This document shows, piece by piece, positions 13,081-26,860 of a stretch of DNA of 64,000 nucleotides. The notes below the pieces were generated by a model. That model had not been told where the DNA came from, did no database searches, and saw nothing but the letters and a program-made list of their open reading frames with translations. Each line of letters begins with the position of its first letter. The first letter of the stretch is position 1. The position numbers and the translations under genes were made by a program. Origin of the DNA: Mobula hypostoma (lineage: Eukaryota); contig NC_086097.1 in the NCBI RefSeq assembly GCF_963921235.1, forward strand, positions 55,182,001 to 55,246,000, in the 5' to 3' direction.

Positions 13081-13199
13081 CTGCACTGGCTGCCTTTTCC
13101 CATTCCCTTTTCTGACAGTCACCCAGGTACCTGCCTCCTACAACTTGGGGGTGACCACCTCCCTGTTGTTTCTATCTATCACCTCATTCTTCCATATGA

Positions 13200-14145
13200 G
13201 CTGAAGATGGCAACCCCCGAGGCTGTGTGCTCAGCCTGCTGCTGTTCACACTGCTGACGCGTGACTGTGTCACTGGATCCAGCTCAAACCGCATCATCAA
13301 ATTTGTGGATGACTCACCAGTAGCTGGCCTCATCAAGGACAATGACAAGACGGAGTATAGATGGGAAGTGAAGTGGCTGGTTGATTGGTGTGACAAGAAC
13401 AACCTAAACCTGAATGTGGAGAAGACAAAGGAAATCAGTGTGGACTTGAGGAAGGTACTGATGAACCATCACCCTCTGCGAATACATGGCTTCTCTGTAG
13501 AGAGAGTTAAGTGTACCAAGTTCCTGGGAGTTCACATCATGGATGACCTCACCTGGTCCCTTCACATCACCTTCCTGAACAAGAAGGCACAGCAACACCT
13601 CCACTTCCTTAGAAGATTGAGGCAACCGAGCCTCTTTCTCCCCCCCCCCCATCTTAACTGCATTTTACAGGAGTACCGTTGAAAGTGTCTGACAAGTTGC
13701 ATCTCCATCTGGTATGGGAACAGTCAAGCATTGGACCAGAAGTCCCTACAAAGGGCTGTGAGAACAGCTAAGAGGATCACAGAGGTCTCCCTATCATCCA
13801 CTGTGGACGTTTATCAGGAGCGCTGCATATGCAGGACCCCCAGTGTTGTTAAGGATCCCACCCACCCATCAAGTATCCTCTTTGACTTTCTGCCATCAGG
13901 CAGGGGACTATGCTGCATAAAACCAACAACTGTGTGATTCATCTGTAGATTTTGTCCTTGACTTCCCAAGTTATTGTGTATTATGTGTGCTGCTGTGCTT
14001 TACACTCTGGTTCGGGGAAACTTTGTCTCATTTCTATATACATTATATGGTTATATATGTCATATACATTTTATATATATATGTGTGTGTGTGTATATAT
14101 GTATATGTGTGTGTATGTATACAGTTAAATGGCAATAGACTTGAC
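13200..14145 (+). mobile_element. Rex1/Babar-like LINE 3' portion
   Basis: ORF 13227-13682: LLFTLLT, KFVDDS, LNVEKTKEI, KFLGVHI, KKAQQHLHFLRRL; continues in 13731-13937. Confidence 0.75.
14035..14121. repeat. Imperfect (TA)n/(TG)n microsatellite
   Basis: Directly visible dinucleotide runs. Confidence 0.8.
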
Positions 14146-14522
14146 TGTGCTTGAAATGAACATATCAGTGGTTGTGCAAACTTTTCATGTTAGATGTTGA
14201 TTAAAGTTTGGTTGCGCTATACCTCGAGGGAAAATGTACTGAACTTCTGCACTAACTCAACTCCTCAGGAATAATTCTTGAAATTGAGTTAGGGCAATAA
14301 TATTTGATGTAAGATGCCAAGATAAATTCTGTGAAGGTTAATATTGAAACTAGTTGGAATTAAGCAATGTACTGGGGAAAAATCAGCATAGGTATGTTAG
14401 ACTCTGAATTTGTCAATGCAGTGGGCTTGTGACAGATGCTACAAAACTAAATTAATTTTTTGGATTTTATGTTATGAGAATTGGGGCACAGTATTTGAAC
14501 AAATAGATGTCCACATGACATA

Positions 14523-16128
14523 CAGTAAAAGTTTGGGCACCCCGGTCAAAATTTCTGTTACTGTGAATAGCTGAACGAATCAAAGATGACCTGATTTCCA
14601 AAAGACACAAAGTTAAAGATGACACATTAATATTTTAAGCAAGATTACTTTTTTATTTCCATCTTTTACAGTGTCAAAATAACAAAAAAGGAAAAGGGCC
14701 CAAAGCAAAAGTTTGGGCACCCTGCATGGTCAGTACTTAGTAACACCCCCTTTGCCAAGTATCACAGCTTGTAAACGCTTTCTGTAGCCAGCTAAGAGTC
14801 TTTCAATTCTTGTTTGGGGATTTTTGCCCATTCTTCCTTGCAAAAGGCTTCTAGTTCTGTGAGATTCTTGGGCTGTCATGCATGCACTGCTCTTTTGAGG
14901 TCTATCCACAGATTCTCGATGATGTTTAGGTCAGGGGACTGTGAGGGCCATGGCAAAACCTTCAGCTTGCGCCTCTTGAGGTAGTCCATTGTGGATTTTG
15001 AGGTGTGTTTAGGATCATTATCCTGTTGTAGAAGCCATCCTCTTTTCGTCTTCAGCTTTTTTACAGACGGTGTGATGTTTGCTTCCAGAATTTGCTGGTA
15101 TTTAATTGAATTCATTCTTCCCTTTACCAGTGAAACGTTCCCCTTGCCACAGGCTGCAACACAAGCCCAAAGCATGATCGATCCACCCCCGTGCTTAACA
15201 GTTGGAGAGGTGTTCTTTTCATGAAATTCTGCACCCTTTTTTCTCCAAACATACCTTTGCTGATTGCAGCCAAAAAGTTCTATTTTAACTTCATCAGTCC
15301 ACAGGACTTGTTTCCAAAATGCATCAGGCTTGTTTAGATGTTCCTTTGCAAACTTCTGACACTGAATTTTGTGGTGAGAACACAGGAAAGGTTTTCTTCT
15401 GATGACTCTTCCATGAAGGTCCTATTTGTGCAGGTGTCGCTGCATAGTAGAACAGTGCACCACCACTCCAGAGTCTGCTAATTCTTCCTGAAGGTCTCTT
15501 GCAGTCAAATGGGGGTTTTGATTTGCCTTTCTAGCAATCCTATGAGCAGTTCTCTCGGAAAGTTTTCTTGGTCTTCCAGACCTCAACTTGACCTCCACCG
15601 TTCCTGTTAACTACCATTTCTTAATTACATTACGAACTGAGGAAACGGCTACCTGAAAACGCTTTGCTATCTTCTTATAGCTTTCTCCTGCTTTTGTGGG
15701 CATCATTTATTTTAATTTTCAGAGTGCTAGGCAGCTGCTTAGAGGAGCCCATGGCTGCTGATTATTGAGACGAGGTTTGAGGAGTCAGGGTATTTATAAA
15801 GCTTTGAAATTTGCATCACCTGGCCTTTCCTAATGATGATTGTGAACAAGCCATAGCCCTAACAAGCTAATTAAGGTCTGAGACCTTGGTAAAAGTTATC
15901 TGAGAGCTCAAATCTCTTGGGGTGTCCAAACCTTTGCATGGTGCTCCTTTCCTTTTTCCCCCACTCTAAAATTGTACAAAACAAAAATAATACACTAATT
16001 TTAAAATGTTGCAAAGAATGTTTCATCTTTAACTCTGACTTTTGGAGATCAGTTCATCTTCTACTCACTTAACTATTCACAGTAACAGAAATTTTGACCA
16101 TGGGTGCCCAAACTTACGCATACCACTG
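14523..16128 (-). mobile_element. Tc1 (DD34E, IR/DR type) transposon, full length, defective; copy 1
   Basis: TA on both sides, CAGT...CACTG ends, ~200-bp TIRs with repeated AAAAGTTTGGGCACCC, transposase motifs QQDNDPKH and SPDLNIIENLW. Confidence 0.93.
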
Positions 16129-16592
16129 TACATATGGTACATTTTCATTGCCTGTCTCCAATATTCTGTGACTCTCAGCATTCTGGTCATGCCCTCTACC
16201 ATCACGGAGGAGGTGCAGGAGCCTGAAGACCCATATTCAACAAATTGTGAACAGCTTCTTTCCCTCCATCAGATTCCTGGAATGGTCCAGGAACTCTAAC
16301 TTATTATTGCTTTTGTACTATTTATTTTGTAATTTAAAGCTTTTTATCTTTACTCTTGCTACAAAACAACAAATTTTCATCAGATAAGACAGTGGTAATA
16401 AGCTTGATTCTTATTCTGATGTGAACTGGTGCTGTTTTCAGTTGTCAACTAAAATTACTTGAGGTTTTTTTTTGCACTGCTTTTTTTTCCCCCAAGTACT
16501 GTTGCAAATTTTATAGTCTAATCCCATAATTTGAACTTTAAATTTGCAAAGAATCATTTCTACAATTGTAATCCCTAAAATATTTCATTCAG

Positions 16593-16687
16593 TTTCGCCA
16601 ACTTCAAGAACAAACAGAAGCATTGAAACAAGAAAATAGGATCTTGAGGGATGCTGTGAGCAAAGCACCCGGTCAAATGGAGAGCAA
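16593..16687 (+). CDS. KTN1: Kinectin exon (1 of 33 in window): FRQLQEQTEALKQENRILRDAVSKAPGQMES
   Basis: ag/gtgagt; 95 nt, phase 0-2; resembles kinectin LKQENGILRDAVS. Confidence 0.9.
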
Positions 16688-17510
16688 GTGAGTATCCTTG
16701 AGAGCTAAAATGATAAATATGAATCATTGCTGTTTTGTTGTTTATTATTTCCGCAATAGCAAATCCACAGAACTGAAATGGAAGCAATTTGCCTCAACCT
16801 TTGGGGACTGCTGAAGATAATTACTTTTAATATTTTTCAGTCCATTAATGGTAAAGGGACACTTGGGTTGATTGAACTTCCATGTGAGTTGATTACAATT
16901 TTTTTTTGTTAAAAGTTAAGCCAACATAGTAATACATTTAAAATTTAAGTGAAAATTCAAATTGCAGTTAGGACAAATATTTTAATGGAAGTAATTGTCA
17001 ACTATACAAATTCTACTTGAAGTGAACAAATTAGTTTAATTTCATGGAAAATGACTATTAAAAATGAATATTATAACATTGTAATTGCTGGAAATCTGAA
17101 GTAAAGGAAAATGTTGAAGGCACTCTGACCTGCGTGTTTTCAGCATTTTCTGTTTATATAATTACAACTTTGTTGGAATGAATATGACTCTTTATGTGAT
17201 TAAATCCTTGGTCCCTAAAGGAAGCCTTCTATTTCAATGAACATAATTATTTAGCTGCCTTGATTATTGTTAGAGATTCCAGAGGACTGTATTTCTGAAT
17301 TTGAGCTGACCTCTCCTCCACAAACTCTGGAATAACTTCATTTGCACCATCTGATGGCTGACTTGCTATTCTAAATTCTTAGCTTTTTAAGAGGAGAAAA
17401 CTACTGTCAATAGCTAATATATCCAACTAAGTATTCAGTTTGGTTCTGAGCTGCAACACTCATTTGATCTCAAAGATGTGCCTTCTATTGAAATGAAATG
17501 GAAAGGTATA

Positions 17511-17950
17511 GCAACACACATCAAAGTTGCTGGTGAACGCAGCAGGCCGGGCAGCATCTCTAGGAAGAGGTACAGTCGACGTTTCAGGCTGAGACCCTTC
17601 GTCAGGGCTAACTGAAGGAAGAGTTAGTAAGAGATTTGAAAGTGGGATGGGGAGGGGGAAATCCAAAATGATAGGAGAAGACAGGAGGGGGAGGGATGGA
17701 GCCAAGAGTTGGACAGGTGATTGGCAAAGGGGATGATGTGAGAGGATCATGGGACAGGAGGTCTGGGGAGAAAGACAAGTGAGGGGGGGGGAACCCAGAG
17801 GATGGGCAAGGGGTATAGTCAGAGGAGAGGGACAGAGGGAGAAAAAGGAGAGAGAGAGAGAGAAAGGATTTGTGTATATAAATAAATAACGGATGGGGTA
17901 TGAGGGGGAGGTGGGGCATTAGCAGAAGTTAGAGAAGTCAATGTTCACGC
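17511..17950 (-). mobile_element. Penelope-like element terminal (pseudo-LTR) fragment
   Basis: Same family as ends at 26861, 30285, 33019, 36340, 51977, 56636; carries hammerhead motif and a long purine/pyrimidine-biased tract. Confidence 0.7.
17573..17615 (-). ncRNA. Minimal type I hammerhead ribozyme motif
   Basis: Minus strand CAGUUAGCC-CUGACGA-AGGGUCUCAGCCU-GAAACGUC-GACUG: intact CUGANGA/GAAA core, AGG/CCU stem II, GUC triplet, one mismatch in stem I. Confidence 0.65.
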
Positions 17951-18348
17951 TCATAGAGAAGTCAAAGGTATATGTTTTTCAATTTGTAACTCATTTATCC
18001 CAGAGTGTTTCACGCTGCTGCCTTCCAGGATGATCCCAGCTGTTTTGCTTCCCAGTGCCTTGTTCCCCAACTATGCTGGATTAGTATGAGTAATTGTCCA
18101 AGTATCTTGTTTTTAATGTAGGCCTGTCTCACTTCCCTCTCTCTGAAAGTTAGTACAAAACAAAACAAAGAAAGCTGTGCTATCAATATTAAATAAACAG
18201 GCAAAGTCTAATGCAAAATGGGTAAATATCACATTTTTCTGCTTTCACGTAAAATGTGCTGCCAGATAGGTAAAAATACTGTTTGATTAGTATAGAATGT
18301 TAGTAAAGCCAATTTTTTTTTTTTTTTTTTTGTGAATGTTGAATGTAG

Positions 18349-18493
18349 GCAATCGACAGAACTGAACAAACTGCGGCAAGATTATGCTAGATTAATGAAT
18401 GAATTTACAGAGAAAACAAATCGCCTTCAGCAGGAAGAGGCACAGAAAAAGAATCTGGAAGTTTCCTATGAACAAACAGTTCAACAACTCAAG
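18349..18493 (+). CDS. KTN1: Kinectin exon 2/33: QSTELNKLRQDYARLMNEFTEKTNRLQQEEAQKKNLEVSYEQTVQQLK
   Basis: ag/gt; 145 nt, phase 2-0; diagnostic ELNKLRQDYARL. Confidence 0.95.
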
Positions 18494-19241
18494 GTATAAA
18501 AAGCTAACAAATTAATAAGAAAATTGAATAACAATTCATTGGAATGATTTTGCTCATATGTTCTCAGTGGATAATTTGTGTATTCAACTTTCATTTCTTT
18601 GGAAGCATAAGCCTGTAAACTGTAGCAAGAGATTTTTTAAAAAGCTCAAATTAATCTTGTTTTAATCTCACTTGTATAGGAATTTTCTTCAGTTTCATTC
18701 TTGCAATGCTTTTTTATGTGGCTTTAGTCTTTATCATCCCATATTGAATAACACACTTAAACTCTGTTTAAATGCTTGGATAATTTCTACAGATACAATT
18801 CATTCAGGCCATGATGTTCTTTGATTACTCGTTGAAAGAGCCAACCACATTGTCCTATTTTCGTGTCCTTTTAGATTGCAAATGTTAGTGATCGTCTATT
18901 TCATTCTTGTCTGATTCATTTCTTTTTGGTATAGCCAGTTAATTAAATATCCTGAATACTGTAAAGAATAGGATTATCTTGCACTGTAACTTAAAGATGG
19001 CCTAATGCTCATTCTTGTTTTATGGAACAAGGTGAACATCGTGATAAGAGAAATATTTCAACTCATAGTTCATTTTTGAATTTGCCTATGTAGCTGAACT
19101 GGATATTTTACAATTATCTGTGCACTACAATGGTCTTTCTCTTAGGAGATAGAATATATTTGTGTCCAAGGCTTTTAGAATATTTGTGCTTTTAATGATT
19201 TGGAAGGTAAGCTAATTTAATTTTTATTTTTATTCCCAAAG

Positions 19242-19353
19242 AGTAAGTTGCAGGAGGAAGCTGAAAGGAGACAAGAGGAAGTGCAGAAATATCTCAGGAA
19301 CATAACTGCAGAGCATGACAAAAGACTAACAGAAGTTCAGAATGCGAAACAAG
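19242..19353 (+). CDS. KTN1: Kinectin exon 3/33: SKLQEEAERRQEEVQKYLRNITAEHDKRLTEVQNAKQ
   Basis: ag/gt; 112 nt, phase 0-1. Confidence 0.9.
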
Positions 19354-19463
19354 GTATTTATTTAGTGGAGCAGATACATACTTAACTCTTGGGCTCTTAC
19401 AGACTGCTGTGTCTTTAAAGTTTCATTGTTCCTTGTGCTCATAGCCTGTTACCAGCTGTTAAA

Positions 19464-20665
19464 ACCATAAAACATAAGAGCAGAATCAAGCCACTCAGCC
19501 CAGTGAGTCTCCTCCACCTTTCCATCATGGCTGATTTATTATCCATCTCAACCCCATTCTCCTGCCTTCTCCCTATAAACTTTGACACCCTGACTAATCA
19601 ACAACCTATCAACCTCCACTTTAAGTATACTCAGTGACTTTGCTTTCACAGCCGCCCATGGCAATGAATTTCACAGATTCACCACCCTCTAGCTAAAAAT
19701 ATTCCTTCTCATCTTTTTTTCTCAATGGACATCCTTCTATTCTGACCCTGTGCCCTCTGGACGTAGACTAGTCCACTCTAGGAAATGTCCTCTCCATTTC
19801 CACTCTATCTAGGCCTTTCAGTATTTGATGGGTCTCAATGAGATTTCTCCCCCACCCCCGGCAATTCTTATGAACTCCAGTGAGTACAAACTCAGCCATC
19901 AAATGCTCATGGTGCATTAACCCTTTCATCCCTGGCATCATTCTCCTGAAACACCTCTGGACCTTCTCCAATGGCAGCACATCTTTTCTTGGATAAGGGG
20001 CCCTGAACTGCTCTCAATACTCCAAGTGCAGTTTGACCAATGCCTTATAAAGCTTCAGCATTACATCTTTACTCTTGTATTTCAGTCCTTTCATAATGAA
20101 TACTAACATTGCATTTGCCTTCCTTACCACTGACCCTGTAAGTTTACCTTCAGGGAATCCTGCATGTGGGCTCCCAAGTCCATTTGCACCTCTGATTTTT
20201 GAGTTTCCTCCTTGTTCAGAAAATAGTGTATGCCTTTATACCTTCTACCAAAAGTGCATGACTGTGCACTTCCCTACACCGTATTCCATCTGCCACTTCT
20301 TTGCCCAGTCTCCCAGTCTCCCAGATTCCCTGCTTCCTCAACACTACCTGCCCCTCCACTTACCTTGGTATTGTCTGCAAACTTGGCCACAAAACCTTCA
20401 ATTCTGTCATCTAAATCATTGAAGTAGAACTTGAAAACAAGTGGTCCCAATGCTAACCCCTGTGGAACACCACCAGTCACTGGCAGCCAATCAGAAAAGA
20501 CCCCCTTTATCCTCATTCTTTGCCTCCTGCCAGTCAGCAAATCTTCTATCCATGCTAGTATCAATCCTGTAGCATCATGGGCTTTTATCGTGTTAAGCAG
20601 ACGCATATACAACCCCTTGTAAAAGGCCTTCTGAAAATCCAAATAAGTGACATCCACTGACTCTT
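19464..20665 (-). mobile_element. CR1 LINE, 5'-truncated
   Basis: ORF 20274-20657 YLDFQKAF, GVPQGLALGP, KFADNTK; C-terminal remnant 19768-19980. Confidence 0.85.
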
Positions 20666-20944
20666 TGTTATTTGACAGTACATCAAATAACTATTCATGT
20701 GAATTCTCGGTGCACAGCAATTAAAGTTGGTTTGAGTACTATTTGTCATCTGTTTTGATCTGACAATGTTTTAGAATTAGATTTAATAAGCTGCAGGGAT
20801 GTCTGCATTTTGTTTTAGACATTCCTTTTGAGAAAGATTGTCTGAAGATAACTGCCTTTGTGCTTCATAGTACATAGCTCTAGAACATCAAGAAAGAATT
20901 GCTGAAGCCAGCATTCTGAAATAAATAGAGGGCTATCACATCTG

Positions 20945-21800
20945 TTGTTAACCTGGTGTGGTGGTAAGCAAATCTGACTGGATCCAAGTCACCTTTGAGG
21001 CAGGAGTTGATTGCTGCCATAACCAATTTCCTCAGAGCTTCATAACAGTTGATGTAAGCACTACCAGGTAGTATTGATTAAGGCAGGTCACAGAACTCTT
21101 CTCGTGCACTAGTACAGTGGATGCTTTATTGAAGCAGGTGGAAGTCTCAGACTGCACAAGTGAGGGGTTGAATATGTCTCTTAAGTTGGTCCACACAGAT
21201 CTTGAGTAGCATTCGGATGAGGTGTCTTTCACCCTCTTGAAGGATGCACAGATGGCAGCCTCAGAGACTGCAATTACAAGATCATCTGGAGATGTGGAGG
21301 CTTAAGTAGGCTTTTTTACAGTTCTCCCCATCATGGTGTGTGTAAGGGGCATTGAGCTCATCCAGGAGTGATGTGTTTTTGCTACTAATGCTATCCAATC
21401 TCACCTTGTAGGAGGTAATATCATGCAAACCCTGCAACATCAGAGTTTAGTCTGAAATTGCCTGCTTGCACTCAGTGGCCTTCTAGAGGTTGTAGCTGCA
21501 CTACTCATGTGACTTTGGGTCTCTAGCCCTGTAATTCACAGATCTTAGCTTTCAGCAGATTACCAATCTCCTGATTTATTCAGGGCTTCTGACTGAGGGA
21601 CAACTCAGAATGTGTGTACCTATGTGGGTACACATGTGTCCACGCATGTCCTAATGAGTCAGTGACAAATGTGGCATATTCATTTAGGTCTACTGACAGA
21701 TCCTTGAATAACTTGAAGCAGTCCCAAATTCAGTCCTCTATTTCTGTGCACCATGACAAAGCAGGCACCATTGCCTTTTGCCTTGCCCAATGCTACTAGT
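20945..21800 (-). mobile_element. Rex1/Babar-type LINE remnant
   Basis: ORF 21032-21232 DIFNPSL...CLNQY..VVLTSTVMK; collinear with 4016-5010. Confidence 0.6.
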
Positions 21801-23834
21801 CCATGCAGTGGATTGTAAAACTCTTGGGTGGGGTTGTTTATTTTACTTTTGAGGTATAGCACAGAGTAGGCACTTCCAGCCCTTCGAGCCATGCCACCCA
21901 ACAATCCTCCAATTCAATCCTAGTCTGATCATAGGACAATTTTCAGTGACCGATTAATCTGGAGAGTTAGAAGTGAGCCATGTCTTTCTGAAATAGAATG
22001 CACACCAGTCCCTTGTGTCCCTCTGGTAAAATAACATTGCTCTGAAGTCTTCAATCTTGTTTTCTCATGGCTGCATTTTAGCCCAGAGAATGCTATGATA
22101 GGGAGAGTGGTGGTTTAGGACTCTGAAGCTGACAGTTCATTCATTTTGAAATGGGTAAAATTGTCTTGAACAGCTGAGGCTTTTGTTTTCAGAAATAATT
22201 TTGAGATTTGTGTTTATTTTCTAGACACAGGTTAGTGCAATTTCTTATCGGGGTGCTTTTAAGTAGAAAGCAATTTTCTATAACTTGCAATTGCATTTTC
22301 ACAATGGCCAATGAATGCGATGCTGCGTGTGTGAGTGTATGTTTCTTACTGTGTTGTACTGTAGTTGTGGATTGGCTCTCTGTACTGCCTGGCATTCATA
22401 AATTTTAAAAGGGTGATGAAAACACAGCAGCTCAGGTAGCAACTGTGGAAAGAGATAATGGGTCTTCTACCAGAAACATTTGTTTGCTTCTTCTCTCCAT
22501 AGACGCTCCCTAACCTGCCTTTTATTCCCCACATTTTCCATTTTTATTTTAGATTTCTTGCATCCAATTGTTTTTGTTTTAATTATTTATAATGTGTAAA
22601 TGTATTTTCTCTTCATCTTGTACCTCTACCTTTGCAGTTGCTTTTTATCACCTGTACACTCAGACTTTGTATTTTGGTTCTGAGAAATTTATGAATGAGG
22701 CCATTAGCTCATTGTGTTCCTGTGAAACTAAAATGAGTGAATTAGCACCCCCCCCCCCCGTTTTACCACTGTCTGTGCATTGCTGATTACAGCAGGTTGG
22801 GTGATCTTCCATTTACTTTGAGAGTGGTGCTCTATCTTGCATCACAACTGTCAAGCCTTTAAAATTTTGTCTTTAACATTCAGACTCTTTAAAAACTAAA
22901 AATTATTCAAAATTATAACTTTTAATCACTAACATATTAAAGCTCAGATGAAGGGTTTTTAAAAATTTCACTTGCCTTTTTACACCTAACATTCAAGATA
23001 GGATCTTCCATTATTATGATTCGATTTTAATCCCAGGTTGTGTTTGGCTGCCTGGGATCAGAATTGTACATTCTCCTGCTGCTATTATTCTGAAAAATGT
23101 TACTCAGTACATTCCAGACTTGAGTCAATCTTGAAGTTGCCTGGAATTGCTCCAGCTAGAGTGGTTGAAAACCTGGAAATTCCATTTGACTCCCATGACT
23201 GTAACTAACATAAACAAGTCCATTTACTTTGGAATCTTCCATTTTGAACACAAATATTTATTTTAAGCTTTTGGGGAAACGCATAGTTTCTTCAATCTGT
23301 CCATGCAGTTGTAAGTCTTCATCTAGTGTGCTGTACAAGTGCAGCAAAACTTCCCTTTCCTTGTGCATCTGAATATTGTATTGGATAAAAACCTGTGGAG
23401 AAATGGGGTAACTAATTCAAAAACTTCCTGATTTCTGCAGACATTGGAAGCTGCTGTGGAATTTGCTTCATAACAGCTGTGAACACAGTTTGTCTCACCA
23501 CTGCTGTCAGACCAAAATTTTGTTTTTTGTCTTCTTCATGCGAATGCTAATTTTCTTTTTTGCTTGCAGTTAATGATGGAAGCCCGTGTTTATTGTTGAC
23601 TTGATTGTCTGCTTGAGACCATTGCTGTAATGTTGCAAGATTTATGTAGAGAATCAAAAAGAATGTGACTGAAAACTTAATATATTTTGAAAAGTCTCTG
23701 CTCAGCTGCTGGGAAGTTGAGCATTTGTAAAACAGTAATGTAATTTTGTAAAGTGGGCAAATCTTTTATAATAGGAATGCTCTAGTTCAGAATGCATTTT
23801 AATTTGTTAATTGTGGCTTCTTTGTATCTTTTAG

Positions 23835-24022
23835 ATTTACAAAATAAACTTATGGTTGCTGAGAGTGAAATTAGCAACAAAAACAAAGAGGTACAGAGCC
23901 TGCACAGTAAGCTCACTGATACCATGTTATCTAAACAACAACTAGAACAAAAGATGATGCAGCTGGTAAATGCAGAACAAAAGCGAGCTACTGCAGATGA
24001 TGCTATGAAGATCCAAGTGCAG
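23835..24022 (+). CDS. KTN1: Kinectin exon 4/33: (D)LQNKLMVAESEISNKNKEVQSLHSKLTDTMLSKQQLEQKMMQLVNAEQKRATADDAMKIQVQ
   Basis: ag/gt; 188 nt, phase 1-0; diagnostic EVQSLHSKLTDT..SKQQLEQ. Confidence 0.96.
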
Positions 24023-25089
24023 GTATTAGCAAAGCTAAGTTTCCCTTTTTTTTTGAAGAAAAAATGTTTCACTACTCTTCATTTTCACCTAGAGTACTCA
24101 ACCAAAAGGTGCATAAAGAAAGTAGAAAAAAATCTTTTCACATTCTATATTTTAGCTGGTTGTTCTTAAACATTAAGTCTTACTTAAAGGTCATTTTTAA
24201 AAAATCTGACATTAATGTGGTAATGAATTTTTTTTTTTTTGCTTGTGTGAGGCCTGGGTATTGAATCATTGCATAATTTAGTCATGGTCTATGTGCTGTT
24301 CTGCTCTTCAATAAGGGAAGAATAGTCCAACTTTCCCAGGTGCCAAAAGAATTTTGTCAGTCAGGAATAGTTCACTGTGAAACCACCCATTCTCCCTGTA
24401 TTCAGTTGTATTGTGCCAACAGCATTTATCAAATAGTTTTCATCCCACATAGCCGTCTTCTGTGTTGCGCACAGCTCTAGCATTGATTCCGAACTATTGC
24501 ATTCCATGCCTCCACTAATACAAAGCTATACCTTCGCAGCAAAATGATTTTTTTTTTATTGGATAGGTACTATTGCTAATAAGAAATGAATGTTGTATTT
24601 TGTAAAGGCTTTGTGTTTGGGTTTTATATAGATTATTGGTAAGTTGGAAGAACTTCAAGCTCTGAATCTTTCATCAGTTAATTTGTAGTTAACTCAGAAG
24701 TAAGTGTGGTTTTCAGTAAAAATTTCCATTGGTATAATTCCCATACCTTCCTAAAACAGTAGTTGAAACTTTTGATTCTCCCTTAATTTATCTCTCAAAT
24801 CTATTTGGATCTTGAATTTCTGCCCAGTTTGATGAAAGAGTGCTTTGATCTAATTGAAATTAGTGCCTCTGAAGATTTTGGGTCCATCTAGGAAGTGGGA
24901 GAACCCCAACATTATTGAAAATAGAATAAAAGTGAAAACAAGATCTTATCATTGCTAGGGCAAGTACAATCAGACATTTGGGAAAGGACATCTGAATATA
25001 TTACTAAGCAGTTATTTTCATAATTGAAGTTTAATATGTTTCGTAAACTAACTTTTAGTCATTTCCTTTCTCTTCTGTATTCCTAAAAG

Positions 25090-25158
25090 GATCTGTTGGA
25101 ACAGAAACAAACAATGAGTGCTCAAATCCAAAACCTCCACGCCCAAGTGGCAACTCAG
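25090..25158 (+). CDS. KTN1: Kinectin exon 5/33 (module 1a): DLLEQKQTMSAQIQNLHAQVATQ
   Basis: ag/gt; 69 nt, phase 0-0. Confidence 0.92.
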
Positions 25159-25600
25159 GTACAGAGATGCTTGAAGATGTAAATTTCAATTTATCAATGT
25201 TTAAAATGTGAATTATCTTGTACTTTTAAATTAACTTATTGCTGGTAGGTTCCAGATACCTTTTGTTTGATGCATTACTGCAGTTACTCATTAATCTATT
25301 GAGCTACCCAATTTCTGTATTTGATTTGTATGCTGAGCTAGGACATTGAAATCTCCATACTTCCAAGTCTATCTTGTGACATCATAAAGTGCACAAAGCT
25401 GCCCTTTATTGTGTTGATACCAAATAGGTTGTCATTGTTTGCTCTAAATCTTGTGTCCTCTTGGGTATGCTAAAGGTTATTGGCAAACATGAACGTTATT
25501 GAATTTGCTTGAATATTTTCCTTGTTCTGTAGAAAATGTGAAGTTTCTCTAATGCTGAAGAATGCAGTTTACTAAATCATGTATCTATCCTTTTTTTTAG

Positions 25601-25638
25601 GCTTCAGCAGCTAGTGTGGTTGAAGAATTGCAGAAGAA
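25601..25638 (+). CDS. KTN1: Kinectin exon 6/33 (module 1b): ASAASVVEELQK
   Basis: ttttag/gtaagt; 38 nt, phase 0-2. Confidence 0.9.
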
Positions 25639-26589
25639 GTAAGTCAGGGAATTAACTCTGGAGGTTATTGTCAATTGCGAGAAAATGCTGGTTTGACAAT
25701 TATAAAGGACCCTAATAATAATCATTTATAGGCCATTAAGATCATTGGGCATCAAATGCACAGTCTAAATAAACTGTGAAATTGCATGCAAAATGCAGTT
25801 TTCTGCCTCAACGAGGCAGAGGCACAAGTAGACCCTTGTATCTTAATCAAGTAGTGATGCATGACCTTCTGTACAACTGCAGAAACATTAAAATATGGGT
25901 TCTATTCTTGGAAAGCTTGCTCATCATAGCATCCACCACTTGATCTTCACAGGCGCAGCTCTGAATCATGAAGATTAACAAATTAATAAACATGACCAGA
26001 ATGGTTGCTAACCTTTCTTTACACTAATGTAACCTTCATTTCTATATACTGCTTAATTTATGGTCATAATTGCTTACCAAATTGAATAGTCGGGAGCATT
26101 TCTGGAATTTAAGTACTGTAAAATCTATTTTCCACACTTTTGAAGAGAAAGTAATTTAAGTCCAATTTGTATTATCCAAAAGTGAAATCATTTCTTACTG
26201 GAGGCATGCCATTTTGGGTTCCTGATTGGAAGTTTAATTAAAAATAGTTGGGCAGGCTAGCTGAATTCTTGACCTCTGTTTTAAGTCTGAATTGGCCCAG
26301 TTAGATCATGCAGATTAGGGAAATCGTACTTGAAATGAATTATCTATGTTTACACCATAAATCTTAAGTTGGTTACATATTTGCAAAGGGGGGGTGTAGA
26401 TTTAATGCAGGTATTACTGCAAAAGTCATAAATTGAGTAGTCTGGAAGACTCTCTAAACAAGTAGAAATGCATGTAAGTGGAGGAACAGAAGATTTACTC
26501 TTTCCTGCTAATAATTATGGACTTCTGATAAAATACAAGATGATTGTGGGAACTCAGCTATGGGTTTGACTTGTGTCATCCTTTTAAAG

Positions 26590-26671
26590 GATTGGAGAAA
26601 AAGAGAGACAAATGAAGTTAATGGAAGAATCTTTACATCTTCGTGTAACAAGAAAAGAACAGGATATACAA
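26590..26671 (+). CDS. KTN1: Kinectin exon 7/33 (module 1c): IGEKERQMKLMEESLHLRVTRKEQDIQ
   Basis: ag/gtaaga; 82 nt, phase 2-0. Confidence 0.88.
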
Positions 26672-26860
26672 GTAAGAAAACTATTTTTAAACTAAGCAAA
26701 TTTCCTGATCGTTACTACAGCTAAGTCTTTGGATACAATTCCAACATTGGTGTTTCCTAAATAAAATTGTATATGCTTCCATGAAATTTTACACTCAAGA
26801 TATCAAATCATTTTAATCTCACGTCTTTACGTTGTTTTTAAAAAGACAGTATTGTATAGA

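Noticed and set aside
1..16592. Additional KTN1 exons upstream of 16593
   Set aside because: The region is almost fully accounted for by transposons; no coiled-coil exon with good splice sites found, so the preceding exon is probably left of the window
23792..24169. 125-aa single-exon ORF
   Set aside because: Only 23835-24022 is exon; the flanks are intronic read-through
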